NCBI GenBank assembly: GCA_017502875.1
Contig: JAFVUF010000023.1
Location: 3,020-67,019 of the forward strand
Length of the DNA stretch: 64,000 nt
Direction of reading: 5' to 3'
Source: Clostridia bacterium
GTDB taxonomy: Bacteria; Bacillota; Clostridia; Oscillospirales; CAG-272
Shown: piece by piece, positions 1 to 9,720 of the stretch
How positions within the stretch are numbered: the first letter of the stretch is position 1
Layout: each line of letters begins with the position of its first letter
The notes under the pieces: model-generated
Told to the model about the DNA's origin: nothing
The model's database searches: none
The model's input: the letters and a program-made list of their open reading frames with translations, nothing else
Made by a program: the position numbers and the translations under genes

Positions 1-7
1 CATTTTT

Positions 8-1201
8 ATGAGACCCCGAGCATTATCATCACACAGTCATCACCATTACACTATCCGAGGAATGTTCCATTCCCTTGTCAGCCGTTCAAAAGAGTTTTCA
101 AGGAAAAACCTTGTAATGCTTATAGCCGCGATTGCCGCTGTTATTACCTCGTTTATCGTTCCGCCTGACAAGGAATATCTCGGTTATCTTGACTACGGCA
201 CGCTCATCTGCCTTTTCTGCACGCTCGCGGTAATCTGCGCGCTGAAAAATATCCACTTTTTTACGATAGTGGCAAGTAAGATAGTTTCTCTTACTGGAAA
301 TATGCGTATGGCGGCTATCGCGCTTATATACATTACCTTTATAGGCTCAATGCTTATCGCAAACGATATGGCGCTGCTTACGTTTCTGCCGCTTGGGTAT
401 TTCGTTTTGCACTGCACGAGAAACGAGAAATATATGGCAAAGCTTTTCGTGCTTCAAAACATAGCGGCTAACCTCGGCGGAATGCTTACTCCCTTCGGAA
501 ATCCGCAAAACCTGTATCTTTACTCCTTCTTTAATATACCAACCCTTGAATTTTTAAGGATTATGGTTATTCCCTTTGCGGTAGCAGTTCTTTTGGTAAC
601 GTTTTCCTGCTTTTTGTTTCCAAAGGCGGCGCTTACTCTTACCGAAACTCCGTACGGAACGATAATCAGAAAAAAGACCTTTTACTATCTTTTCTTCTTT
701 ATTCTTTCGATACTCATGGTTTTCAGAATAGTTCCGTACTTAATTGGACTTACAGTAATTTTAGCGGCTATTTTATACGCTGACCGACATGCGCTCAAAA
801 ACGTAGACTACGGACTTCTTCTTACCTTTGTATTCTTCTTTATTTTCGCCGGAAATATGTCGAGAATTGAAGCTGTAAATACTCTTATGTACTCTCTGCT
901 TTCAAAGAACACGTTGCTTGTTTCAACTGTAAGCTGTCAGTTTATTTCTAACGTTCCGTCCGCTATACTTTTATCGCATTTCACAAACGATTACCCCGCG
1001 CTTTTGCTCGGTGTAAATATTGGCGGAACAGGTACTCTTATCGCTTCGCTTGCAAGTCTTATAACGTTTCGAAATTACATAGGAGCGCGTCCTGGTGAAG
1101 CTATTAAGTTTTTAAAGGTGTTTTCGTTATTCAGCTTTGCTTTTCTCATAATTTTGTTTATTGTTTGCTCTTTTACTCTCAGCTTTCTCAGTATTTGTTA
1201 A
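8..1201 (+). CDS. ArsB/NhaD-superfamily (citrate-transporter-like) anion permease
   Basis: 397-aa ORF that is hydrophobic throughout, with many predicted spans. It carries a GNPQNLYLYS motif typical of this permease superfamily. The first ~35 aa are polar and His-rich, so the real start is probably an internal Met (nt 62 or 116). Confidence 0.6.
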   Translation: MRPRALSSHSHHHYTIRGMFHSLVSRSKEFSRKNLVMLIAAIAAVITSFIVPPDKEYLGYLDYGTLICLFCTLAVICALKNIHFFTIVASKIVSLTGNMRMAAIALIYITFIGSMLIANDMALLTFLPLGYFVLHCTRNEKYMAKLFVLQNIAANLGGMLTPFGNPQNLYLYSFFNIPTLEFLRIMVIPFAVAVLLVTFSCFLFPKAALTLTETPYGTIIRKKTFYYLFFFILSILMVFRIVPYLIGLTVILAAILYADRHALKNVDYGLLLTFVFFFIFAGNMSRIEAVNTLMYSLLSKNTLLVSTVSCQFISNVPSAILLSHFTNDYPALLLGVNIGGTGTLIASLASLITFRNYIGARPGEAIKFLKVFSLFSFAFLIILFIVCSFTLSFLSIC

Positions 1202-1213
1202 GGGGAAAATCTT

Positions 1214-1531
1214 ATGAAAAGAATATTAAAAATCATTGTACCAAGTTTTCTGATGCTTGTACTTGTTTACTTAATGAGAGGCGGTAAGGACATATTAGAC
1301 GGAATTTACATTGTTTTCCCGATTATGTATATATTAATTGGGATAATATGCTCTTACCTACTTAAAGAGCTATTAATTTGCTTGATTATGACCTCAGTTG
1401 CCTTTATTATACCAATTAATATTTTCTTTCATATGGGAAGCTGCTTAGACTGTGTACTGATATACGCTTTGCTTGCGTGCATTAGCTTTGGGATAAAAAA
1501 GCTTATACAAAAAAAGCTAAAAAAACCATAA
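1214..1531 (+). CDS. small hypothetical membrane protein (105 aa)
   Basis: The ORF starts 12 nt after the upstream permease, preceded by GGGGA. It has 3 hydrophobic segments and a Lys-rich tail. No family recognised. Confidence 0.4.
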   Translation: MKRILKIIVPSFLMLVLVYLMRGGKDILDGIYIVFPIMYILIGIICSYLLKELLICLIMTSVAFIIPINIFFHMGSCLDCVLIYALLACISFGIKKLIQKKLKKP

Positions 1532-1552
1532 ATACTGTCTTGAATATTTTAT

Positions 1553-1602
1553 AAAAAAAAGCCTTCACTGTACTTATACAAAGCGCAGTGAAGGCTAAAT
1601 TT
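1553..1602. terminator. bidirectional intrinsic terminator
   Basis: A 10-bp stem GCCTTCACTG/CAGTGAAGGC (1561-1595) is preceded by an A-run and followed by a T-rich stretch. It sits between convergent genes. Confidence 0.7.
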
Positions 1603-1617
1603 ATTAAGTTAGCTTTT

Positions 1618-2790
1618 TTACTTTTTATATTTATTTACGAACTTCTCAATCTTTTCAAGCGCTGTATTAATATGTTTTACCGAATACGCATAGGAAATTC
1701 TGGCAAAGCCCTCGCCGCATTCACCGAAGGCGGTACCCGGAACGATAGCGACCTTCTCCTCGCGAAGAAGTCTCTCGCAGAACTCGTTACTTGTCATTCC
1801 AAATCCGCTTATGTTAGGATATACGTAGAAGGCTCCCTCCGGCTCAAAGCAGGAAAGTCCGATTTTTCGCAGCCCGTCTACTATCAGACGGCGGCGGCGG
1901 TTGTATTCAGCCGTCATTTCCGCAATATCGGGATCTCCGTTCTTTAACGCCTCGATAGCCGCAAACTGGCTCGTGGTAGGCGCGCACATTATGCAGTACT
2001 GATGAATTTTGTGCATCTGCTCGCATATCTCGTGCGGCGCGGCAACGTAGCCCATTCTCCAGCCTGTCATCGCGTATGCCTTAGAAAAACCGTTTACAAC
2101 AATGGTTCTCTCTCTCATTCCCGGAAGCGAAGCAAAGGAAACGTGCTTTCTTCCATACGTCAGCTCCGCGTATATTTCATCTGACAGAACCATAATAGCG
2201 GTGTCCCTTATTATATCGGCGATTTCGGTAAGCTCTTCCCTTGTCATGATAGCGCCCGTAGGATTATTGGGGAATGGAAGAATAAGAAGCTTGGTTTTAT
2301 CGGTAATTGCCGCTTTAAGAGCTTCGGGAGTAAGCTTAAACTTATCCTTTTCATAGGTGTTAACAAACACAGGCTTACCGCAGGCAAGCTCGGTCATCGG
2401 TCCGTAACAAACAAAGGACGGAACGGGAATTATGACCTCATCACCCGGGTTTACAAGCGCGCGGATACCAAGGTCAATAGCCTCGCTTCCGCCTATTGTA
2501 ACTATTACCTCATTTTTCGGGTCGTAGCTAAGCTCAAATTTTCTTTCAAGATACTTCGAAATTTCTGTACGCAGCCCTATCATACCGTTATTTGCGGTAT
2601 AATACGTTTCTCCATCTTCAAGAGAGCGCATAGCAACCTCTCTTATATGCCACGGTGTTACGAAATCGGGCTGTCCGACGGTAAGAGAGATAACGCCTTT
2701 TACCTCATCGAGTATCTCGAAAAATTTACGGATACCCGAGGGTTGAAGCTTTACCGTCCGTTCAGACAGTATTTTGTTATAATCTATCAC
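1618..2790 (-). CDS. class I/II PLP-dependent aminotransferase (AspC/PatA-like)
   Basis: 390 aa with NNPTGA and SKAYAMTGWRMGY (PLP-lysine region) motifs and an SGIRKF N-terminal motif. GTG start overlaps the upstream stop (GTGA). Confidence 0.9.
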   Translation of the reverse strand: MIDYNKILSERTVKLQPSGIRKFFEILDEVKGVISLTVGQPDFVTPWHIREVAMRSLEDGETYYTANNGMIGLRTEISKYLERKFELSYDPKNEVIVTIGGSEAIDLGIRALVNPGDEVIIPVPSFVCYGPMTELACGKPVFVNTYEKDKFKLTPEALKAAITDKTKLLILPFPNNPTGAIMTREELTEIADIIRDTAIMVLSDEIYAELTYGRKHVSFASLPGMRERTIVVNGFSKAYAMTGWRMGYVAAPHEICEQMHKIHQYCIMCAPTTSQFAAIEALKNGDPDIAEMTAEYNRRRRLIVDGLRKIGLSCFEPEGAFYVYPNISGFGMTSNEFCERLLREEKVAIVPGTAFGECGEGFARISYAYSVKHINTALEKIEKFVNKYKK

Positions 2791-3260
2791 AGAATGTTTC
2801 CTCTCTTGTCTTCCTCATCGGAATTGTAGATAACACCCTTATCCTTATACTTGCGAAGCATAAAGTGGGTTGCGGTAGAAACTACTCCGTCCATTGTCGC
2901 AAGTCTGTTAAACACAAAGTTCGAGACCTCTCTCATGGTCTTTCCCTCAATTACAACAAGAAGGTCGTAGCCGCCGCTCATGAGACTCACGCTCTGAACC
3001 TCAGGGTGCAGGCAGATACGCTCCGCTATTCTGTCAAAGCCAAGGTCCTTCTGCGGAGCAACCTTAAGCTCTATCATTGCGCTTACGTATTCTCTTTCGG
3101 TCTTATCCCAGTCTATTATTGTCTTATAACCGAGTATAATCCCCTTTTCCTCGTATTCCTTTATCTTACTGTTAACCGCCTCAACACTCATATCGCACAT
3201 TACCGCGAGCTGAGAGGGGGTAAGCTTACTGTTAGTTTCAAGAAGCTTCAATATGTCCAT
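2787..3260 (-). CDS. Lrp/AsnC-family transcriptional regulator
   Basis: 157 aa with an N-terminal wHTH (SQLAVMCDMSVEAVNSKIKEYEEKGII) and a C-terminal RAM/AsnC_trans_reg-like domain. Translationally coupled to the aminotransferase. Confidence 0.85.
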   Translation of the reverse strand: MDILKLLETNSKLTPSQLAVMCDMSVEAVNSKIKEYEEKGIILGYKTIIDWDKTEREYVSAMIELKVAPQKDLGFDRIAERICLHPEVQSVSLMSGGYDLLVVIEGKTMREVSNFVFNRLATMDGVVSTATHFMLRKYKDKGVIYNSDEEDKRGNIL

Positions 3261-3275
3261 TTTAAAAATCCTCCG

Positions 3276-4094
3276 TTAAATGTATAATTCTTTTATATCA
3301 TCTACGGGTACAAGCCCGTATTTCCTCGCTAACGCATAGCCTTCCTCAATATTCGCGCCGACCTCATGTACTCTATGAGCGTCTGAGCCAACCGTTACAC
3401 TCTTACCGCCAACCTCGCTGTAAAGCTTTATCAGCTCCTCACTTGGCATAGTTGTACCAAATCCTCTGCGTAGATTTGAGGTGTTTATCTCAAGCGCCTT
3501 TCCGTTTTTTATCATAGTCTTGAATAGCTGCTCGTATTTGCCGTAATAGGCATTAAGCGAAAGATCGCCTCCTGCCGCCTGAATATATCTCAGTACGTAG
3601 GTAGCATGGGCAATGACATCTATGTACGGCACTTCGGCAAGCTTTATAAGCTCATCAAGATATTTTCTGAAAAGATTATCTATCATCTCAGGGTATTTAT
3701 TCAGCTTTTTAAAATCAAGAAAGTAAAAATCCGGTACGTTTTTAAGGTTATGTATCGAGCCTAAAACGTATTCGTAGCCGTTATCGGAAATAAGCTTGTC
3801 GGCAAGAGCGCGCTTATTGTTCGGCTGACCAAGCTCTATACCGAATATTACCTTAATCTTATTCTTATATTTTCTTTTAAGAGAAAGAATAACTTCTTTC
3901 CTTTCCTCACAGCGCAGGTCTATCGGCATACCGCAGTCCTCATAATCAATATCCGCGTGATCGGTTATAGCTAAAAGCTTTATTCCCTTTGTAATTGCGG
4001 TAAGAATAAGCTCCTCTGGGTTTGTTTGACTGTCAGTAGAATACGATGTATGACAGTGTAGGTCGGCAATTTTCAACTTCATATACCTTTCCAT
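3276..4094 (-). CDS. PHP-domain histidinol-phosphatase family (HisJ/HisK-like) hydrolase
   Basis: 272 aa with DLHCHTSYS at the N-terminus, ITDHADIDY, and GSDAH near the C-terminus. These are PHP metal-ligand motifs. Confidence 0.8.
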   Translation of the reverse strand: MERYMKLKIADLHCHTSYSTDSQTNPEELILTAITKGIKLLAITDHADIDYEDCGMPIDLRCEERKEVILSLKRKYKNKIKVIFGIELGQPNNKRALADKLISDNGYEYVLGSIHNLKNVPDFYFLDFKKLNKYPEMIDNLFRKYLDELIKLAEVPYIDVIAHATYVLRYIQAAGGDLSLNAYYGKYEQLFKTMIKNGKALEINTSNLRRGFGTTMPSEELIKLYSEVGGKSVTVGSDAHRVHEVGANIEEGYALARKYGLVPVDDIKELYI

Positions 4095-4227
4095 AGTAAT
4101 ATCAATAGTGATTATATCACAAAAAAATTAATAAGTAAAGTATATAATAAAAAAAACTTAAAAGTTATTGATTTTTTCTTTTCACAGTGGTATAATTCCT
4201 TTTAGTTAATGAAAAAGGAAACGTGTT

Positions 4228-5133
4228 ATGTTAAAAAAAATATCGCTTTTATTCGTATTATTATCGGGAGTTTTCTGGGGCAGCTCGCCGCTTTTTGTAA
4301 GTTATCTTACTGAGCTTGGCTTTGACAGCTTTCAATGCACCGCGATAAGAATAGTGCTCGCTGCTCCGCTTCTGCATATTTGCTTACTTATCAGTGGACG
4401 TTCAAACTATAAAATGCCGATAAAAGCCTTCGCTTACCTTGCTATATGCGGCGTCGGCTCTGTACTGACAATGTGCGTTTGCTACTACTGCTCTATGACT
4501 CTGACCTCTGCTGCCGTAAGCGCGGTCCTGCTGTATACCTCACCTATTTTTGTAATGATAATGTCTGTCATTTTCTTTAAGGAACGCTTTACGGTAAAAA
4601 AAGGAACCGCATTGCTTCTCGCTGTTATAGGCTGCGCTCTTACCTCAGGAATTATCGGCGGACTTACAGGCTCTGTGTTAGGTGTCGTTTTCGGTATACT
4701 TTCAGGCTTTGCCTATTCGCTTTACGGTATATTTTCAACCTTTGCGCTTCGTCTTGGAGTATCTCCACTTGCCTGCACTACGTTCAGCTTTACCTTTGCT
4801 GCAATAGCTGCGCTGTTTATCACAAATCCAATAAGTCTTGTTTCCGAGATAATCGCGTTTTCAGGTGAGCCGCTAAAAATCCTCATTCTTCCTTTATTCA
4901 GTATATGCACCGCTATAATTCCCTATATGCTTTATACAGTCGGTCTTACCAACGTAAAGCCTGACATCGCCGCAATAGCCGCGTCAACCGAGCCCGTCGT
5001 TTGCGCGCTTATCGGTGTATTTATACTTAACCAAAGCATATCTGTTTTTCAGGTTATTGGAATTGCGCTCGTTATATCCGCAATAGTTATACTTAATCTA
5101 AATATCAGTAAAAGTAAAAAATCGGCTGAGTAA
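4228..5133 (+). CDS. EamA/DMT-family transporter
   Basis: 301 aa with about 10 TM segments in the two-repeat EamA architecture. A TTGATT-17-TATAAT promoter lies about 40 nt upstream. Confidence 0.85.
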   Translation: MLKKISLLFVLLSGVFWGSSPLFVSYLTELGFDSFQCTAIRIVLAAPLLHICLLISGRSNYKMPIKAFAYLAICGVGSVLTMCVCYYCSMTLTSAAVSAVLLYTSPIFVMIMSVIFFKERFTVKKGTALLLAVIGCALTSGIIGGLTGSVLGVVFGILSGFAYSLYGIFSTFALRLGVSPLACTTFSFTFAAIAALFITNPISLVSEIIAFSGEPLKILILPLFSICTAIIPYMLYTVGLTNVKPDIAAIAASTEPVVCALIGVFILNQSISVFQVIGIALVISAIVILNLNISKSKKSAE

Positions 5134-5151
5134 ATCTCAGCCGATTTTTAA

Positions 5152-5277
5152 TTAAAAATGCGCTAAAACGTATACGAGCGTTCCGACGAGACCTCCAAGC
5201 ACAGTAAGAGCCGCTAAAACTATGCAGGTTATCCTTACCGTTTTAGAATAACCGCTTCGAAATTCCTTATCTGCCAT
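5152..5277 (-). CDS. possible 41-aa single-pass membrane peptide (not in ORF track)
   Basis: ATG preceded by AAAGGA with a 7-nt spacer. Translation is MADKEFRSGYSKTVRITCIVLAALTVLGGLVGTLVYVLAHF. It lies between the topoisomerase gene stop and a terminator hairpin (5119-5148). Confidence 0.35.
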   Translation of the reverse strand: MADKEFRSGYSKTVRITCIVLAALTVLGGLVGTLVYVLAHF

Positions 5278-5304
5278 ATTTTTTTCCTTTCAATAATTTA
5301 ATAA

Positions 5305-7512
5305 TTACTTTTTATCCAACATTGCGCCTGCTGAAGGTATACTCTTTTTAAATTTCCTGTATTGACCGAACTTTTCCTCAGTGGCATTTTCCGCTTTTGC
5401 TATCGCGTTCTTCGCTTTCAAGGTCATAAGCGTAACGCCGTTTGAGGTTCTCGTTGTTTTTAAAGGAATATCAGCAGTCGAAACCGCAAGACCTCTGCCG
5501 TTTTCGGAAACGAGCATTATGTCGTATGGCTCCTTTTCATAGCCTACGTAAACGCAGGGAGAAGCGGTTGACATAGCGTTTGTCAGCTTTCTGCGGTTAG
5601 TTTTGGTGATATAGCTTTCAAGAGGAATCTTAACGCCCTTTCCGTTCTTGAAGATAAAGACTATATTTCCGCCGTCCTCCTCGCTCTTTATGGAGATACC
5701 GCCAACGTATTTCTCATTTTCCTCAAAACCAAGCTTAGCGGAAACGTAATCTCCGACCTGCGAGGCTTTGGTAGGCTCGAAATCGTCAACCTTGGACTTA
5801 TAGACCTGACCAGCGTCTGTAAAGAACATAAGAAGCTCTGTATTATCGCTGTCCTGCTCTTTAACTATGAAGTCGCCGTCTCGCAGATTGTGATCGTCAT
5901 TCATACGGAGCGAGGTAAGCTTAACCTTTTTGAAGTAACCCTTATCGGTAAAGTAAATCTTTGCCTTATAGCTTTCAATTTCAGGCTTTACCTCCTTGAT
6001 AATCACCTCGGTTTCGGTGATTATCTCAGTTTTTCTCGGCTTTCCGTACTTCTTTTTGATTTCCTTTAGCTGCTCAATTATAACGGCTTTAAGCTTATCC
6101 TCGCTACCAATAAGTGAAATAAGCTCAACCTCCTGCTTTGCAAGCTCGGAAAGCTCCTCCATTCTGCTTTCAATATATTCGCTATTCAGCGAACGAAGGC
6201 GGATATCCGCAATGTAATTTGCCTGTACCTCGTCAAGCTCAAATGCTGACATAAGGTTAGGAACAACGTCTTTATCGTTCTTAGTGTCTCTGATAATCCT
6301 AATGGCCTTATCAAGATCGAAAACGATCTTAGAAAGACCTTCGAGCAGATGATATCTTTCCTGTACTCTGTTAAGCTCAAATTCCTTTTCTCTGCGCACG
6401 CACTCAAGACGGAACTTTATCCATTCCTCGAGAATACCCTTTACGCCGAGCTGCTTGGGTGAGCCGTTGATAAGCACGTTGAAGTTACATTCAAAATTAT
6501 CCTCAAGCTTTGTAAGCTTATAAAGCTTCTGCATCAGGGCGTCGGGATCAACGCCGCGTTTGAGATCAAGCGTCAGCTTAAATCCATTCTTATCTATCTC
6601 ATCGCGGAAATCGGAAATTTCTTTGAGATTTCCGTTCTTTACAAGGTCAGCAATATTTTTAAGTATGATCTCAATAGACGTCGAATAAGGAATTTCAAGT
6701 ATATCGATACAGTTCTCTTCCTTATCGTAGGAATACTTCGCTCTGAGCTTTACTGAGCCCTTTCCCGTCTCATATATCTCGGCAAGCTTATTTCTGTCGT
6801 ATATAAGATAAGCGCCGCCCGAAAAATCAGGAGCCTTGATAACGTCAAGAAGCACCTCGCTTGACATATGAGGTCTCTTTAAAAGCATTATTGTTCCATC
6901 GCATACCTCAGCTAAATTAAACGAACATATTTTACTCGCCATTCCTACGGCTATACCCATATTTGATGATACGAGTATATTCGGGAAGGAGGTTGGAAGA
7001 AGCGTAGGTTCTTCAAGCGTGTTATCATAGTTAGGAACAAGATCAACGGCGTTTTTGTCTATACCGCCGAATATCTCGTTACAGAAAGGATCAAGCTTTA
7101 CCTCGGTATAACGGCTTGCGGCAAAAGCCATATCAGATGAATAGTGCTTACCGAAGCTTCCCTTTGAATCGATAAACGGATGAAGAAGCGCATCGTGTCC
7201 TCTGGTGAGTCTTACAAGAGTCTCATATATAGCCATATCTCCGTGTGGATTAAGCTTCATCGCTTCTCCAACAACCGTTGCGCTCTTTCTTCTATCTCCT
7301 TTCAAAAGTCCCATCTTATACATAGCGTAAAGAAGCTTTCTGTGAGAGGGCTTAAAGCCGTCTATTTCGGGGATAGCTCTTGACACAATAACGCTCATAA
7401 CGTACGGCATATAGTTTGTAATAATTGTGTCCGTTATATATTGCGGTCTTGCCTCAGCTATCACCTCTGTTTGCTCTCTGACAATATCAGGTGTCTTCTT
7501 TTTCTTTGCCAT
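5305..7512 (-). CDS. type IIA DNA topoisomerase subunit A (GyrA/ParC family)
   Basis: 735 aa. N-terminal YMPYVMSVIVSRAIPEIDGFKPSHRKLLYAM carries the catalytic Tyr-region motifs, and the C-terminus is beta-pinwheel-like. No subunit B gene is adjacent. Confidence 0.85.
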   Translation of the reverse strand: MAKKKKTPDIVREQTEVIAEARPQYITDTIITNYMPYVMSVIVSRAIPEIDGFKPSHRKLLYAMYKMGLLKGDRRKSATVVGEAMKLNPHGDMAIYETLVRLTRGHDALLHPFIDSKGSFGKHYSSDMAFAASRYTEVKLDPFCNEIFGGIDKNAVDLVPNYDNTLEEPTLLPTSFPNILVSSNMGIAVGMASKICSFNLAEVCDGTIMLLKRPHMSSEVLLDVIKAPDFSGGAYLIYDRNKLAEIYETGKGSVKLRAKYSYDKEENCIDILEIPYSTSIEIILKNIADLVKNGNLKEISDFRDEIDKNGFKLTLDLKRGVDPDALMQKLYKLTKLEDNFECNFNVLINGSPKQLGVKGILEEWIKFRLECVRREKEFELNRVQERYHLLEGLSKIVFDLDKAIRIIRDTKNDKDVVPNLMSAFELDEVQANYIADIRLRSLNSEYIESRMEELSELAKQEVELISLIGSEDKLKAVIIEQLKEIKKKYGKPRKTEIITETEVIIKEVKPEIESYKAKIYFTDKGYFKKVKLTSLRMNDDHNLRDGDFIVKEQDSDNTELLMFFTDAGQVYKSKVDDFEPTKASQVGDYVSAKLGFEENEKYVGGISIKSEEDGGNIVFIFKNGKGVKIPLESYITKTNRRKLTNAMSTASPCVYVGYEKEPYDIMLVSENGRGLAVSTADIPLKTTRTSNGVTLMTLKAKNAIAKAENATEEKFGQYRKFKKSIPSAGAMLDKK

Positions 7513-7555
7513 TTATTATCGTCCTTTCGTTTTTATAACTCCTTTGAAACGCGGC

Positions 7556-8569
7556 TTAAAGCTCGATTACGTTAAAACCCGCCGCCTTCAGCAGCCTATT
7601 GAAAACTGCAAGTCCAACTCCGTTCTTTTCGGGCATTCTCGCGTATATTTCTTTTACGTCGCATAGCTTATCAAATTCTCTCAGACAGTCAAAGAGCTTG
7701 CTTGCCTGCTCGCTTAAATCAAAGCAAGAACCAAGCGACATTGAATTCTTAAATTCTAATAGCTTAGCGTCCTCATCAAAGCACAGAACTCCGAAATCAG
7801 CCTTTCCTTTTAAATAATCAAAAAACTGTTCTTCTGTTCCAACCAGAACCGTAACAGCGGCTTTGGGTGCGTAATGACGGTACTTCATACCGGGAGAAAC
7901 AGGCTTGCCTTCAAATTTAGCAAGGACAGCGGGATCAACCGTTACGTTACCGCATACCTCTTTAAGCATTTCAAGCGTAACAGCCCCCGGACGGCAGATG
8001 ACAAGAGAATCCTCTCCCGTAATTTTAACAACCGTAGACTCAACGCCAACAGCGCAATCGTCGCCGATAAGTATAGCGTCAACTTTTCCATTCATATCAT
8101 CTATTACGTGCTGAGCCTTGGTCGGACTGGGTTTACCTGAAATGTTAGCCGACGGAGCCGCGACAGGAATTCCCGCTTTTGCGATAAGCTCTCTTGCCGG
8201 TGCGTAAAGCGGTACTCTTATTCCGATAGAATCAAGTCCGCAGGAGACCTCTTTACATATGACGTCTCTTTTAGGCAGTATTACCGTTATAGGACCGGGC
8301 ATAAATTCCTTTGCGAGCTTATTAAACAGCTCGTTTACGTAAACGTATTTATCCGCTTCGCTCGGATCGGAAATATGAACTATCAAAGGGTTATCCTGCG
8401 GTCTGCCCTTTGCCTCAAATATTTTGATTATCGCGTTACTGTCGAGCGCGTTTCCGCCAAGACCGTAAACTGTTTCGGTTGCAAAGGCGACTATACCGCC
8501 CTCACGGAGTATTTTACCTGCGTTTTCAAGGTCCAAAGCGCTTTTATCGTTCAGTATTTCAGTTTTCAT
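7556..8569 (-). CDS. tsaC: L-threonylcarbamoyladenylate synthase (Sua5/YwlC type, with C-terminal Sua5 domain)
   Basis: 337 aa with FATETVYGLGGNA and KGRPQDNPLIVH motifs. Overlaps the prfA stop by 11 nt. Confidence 0.9.
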   Translation of the reverse strand: MKTEILNDKSALDLENAGKILREGGIVAFATETVYGLGGNALDSNAIIKIFEAKGRPQDNPLIVHISDPSEADKYVYVNELFNKLAKEFMPGPITVILPKRDVICKEVSCGLDSIGIRVPLYAPARELIAKAGIPVAAPSANISGKPSPTKAQHVIDDMNGKVDAILIGDDCAVGVESTVVKITGEDSLVICRPGAVTLEMLKEVCGNVTVDPAVLAKFEGKPVSPGMKYRHYAPKAAVTVLVGTEEQFFDYLKGKADFGVLCFDEDAKLLEFKNSMSLGSCFDLSEQASKLFDCLREFDKLCDVKEIYARMPEKNGVGLAVFNRLLKAAGFNVIEL

Positions 8570-9632
8570 CGCTGCTTTCCTTAAGCTTTTCCGCGGTGTC
8601 AGCCGCTATAAGCTCGTCTATCATTCCCGATATTTCGCCGTTTAAAAAGCTTTCAAGGGTATAGAGCGTCAGACCTATCCTGTGGTCTGTAACTCTGCCC
8701 TGTGGGTAGTTATAGGTTCTTATGCGCTCACTTCTGTCGCCTGTTCCGACCTGAGAACGCCTTGCGCTCGCGATTTTATCGTCCTGCTCGCGCTGCTTGA
8801 TATCAAGAAGCTTTGTTTTGAGCATTTTCATAGCCTTATCACGGTTCTTGAACTGGCTACGCTCCTCCTGACACTCGACTATGATACCCGACGGCTTATG
8901 GATTATTCGGATAGCGGACTCTGTTTTATTAACGTGCTGACCGCCCGCGCCCGAGCTTTTGCAGGTCTCAATCTTCAAGTCGGCAGGGTTTATCTCAACC
9001 TCTACGTCATCAGCCTCGGGAAGCACCGCAACCGTAACGGTGGACGTATGTATTCTTCCCTGAGATTCTGTTTCCGGAACTCTTTGAACACGGTGAACTC
9101 CGCTTTCAAACTTGAGCTTTGAATAAGCGCCCTCGCCTATTACCATAAAGGATATTTCCTTTATTCCGCCAAGCTCGGTCTCATTTACGTTCATCGGCTC
9201 GATTTTATATCGCATTTTGTCGGCGTACATTCCGTACATTCTGTAAAGAACCGAGGCAAAAAGAGCCGCTTCCTCGCCTCCTGCTCCGCCTCTTATCTCA
9301 ACAATAACGTTCTTATCGTCATTTTCGTCTTTGGGAAGGAGCAGAACCTTAAGCTCGGATATTATCCTTTCAAGCTCTTCCTTTTTTTCGTAATACTCCG
9401 CCTCGGCAAGCTCAGCAAGCTCTCCTACCTCCTCTTGCATAAGCGCAAAAGCTCCGTCTTTTTCCTTTTCAACGGATTTATAAAGGCGGTATTTCTCAAT
9501 AATCGGAGTATTGTTTTTATATTCCTTCATCAAACGCGCGTACTCCTCAGGATTTGAGAGAACCTCTGCGTCTGATAGCTTATTTTCAAGGTTAATATAG
9601 TTTTCTTCTGCTTTTGAAAGTTTCTGTAACAT
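8559..9632 (-). CDS. prfA: peptide chain release factor 1
   Basis: 357 aa with a GGQ motif (SGAGGQHVNKTESAIRI) and an RF1-type RVPETESQGRIHTS (P-x-T) motif. Confidence 0.95.
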   Translation of the reverse strand: MLQKLSKAEENYINLENKLSDAEVLSNPEEYARLMKEYKNNTPIIEKYRLYKSVEKEKDGAFALMQEEVGELAELAEAEYYEKKEELERIISELKVLLLPKDENDDKNVIVEIRGGAGGEEAALFASVLYRMYGMYADKMRYKIEPMNVNETELGGIKEISFMVIGEGAYSKLKFESGVHRVQRVPETESQGRIHTSTVTVAVLPEADDVEVEINPADLKIETCKSSGAGGQHVNKTESAIRIIHKPSGIIVECQEERSQFKNRDKAMKMLKTKLLDIKQREQDDKIASARRSQVGTGDRSERIRTYNYPQGRVTDHRIGLTLYTLESFLNGEISGMIDELIAADTAEKLKESSDEN

Positions 9633-9720
9633 ATTCAGTCCAAATAAATTATTCTTTTAAACGCCATAAACGGATTTCGCGTATTAACGCAAAATCCGTT
9701 CAAGGCAATCATTATGCGTA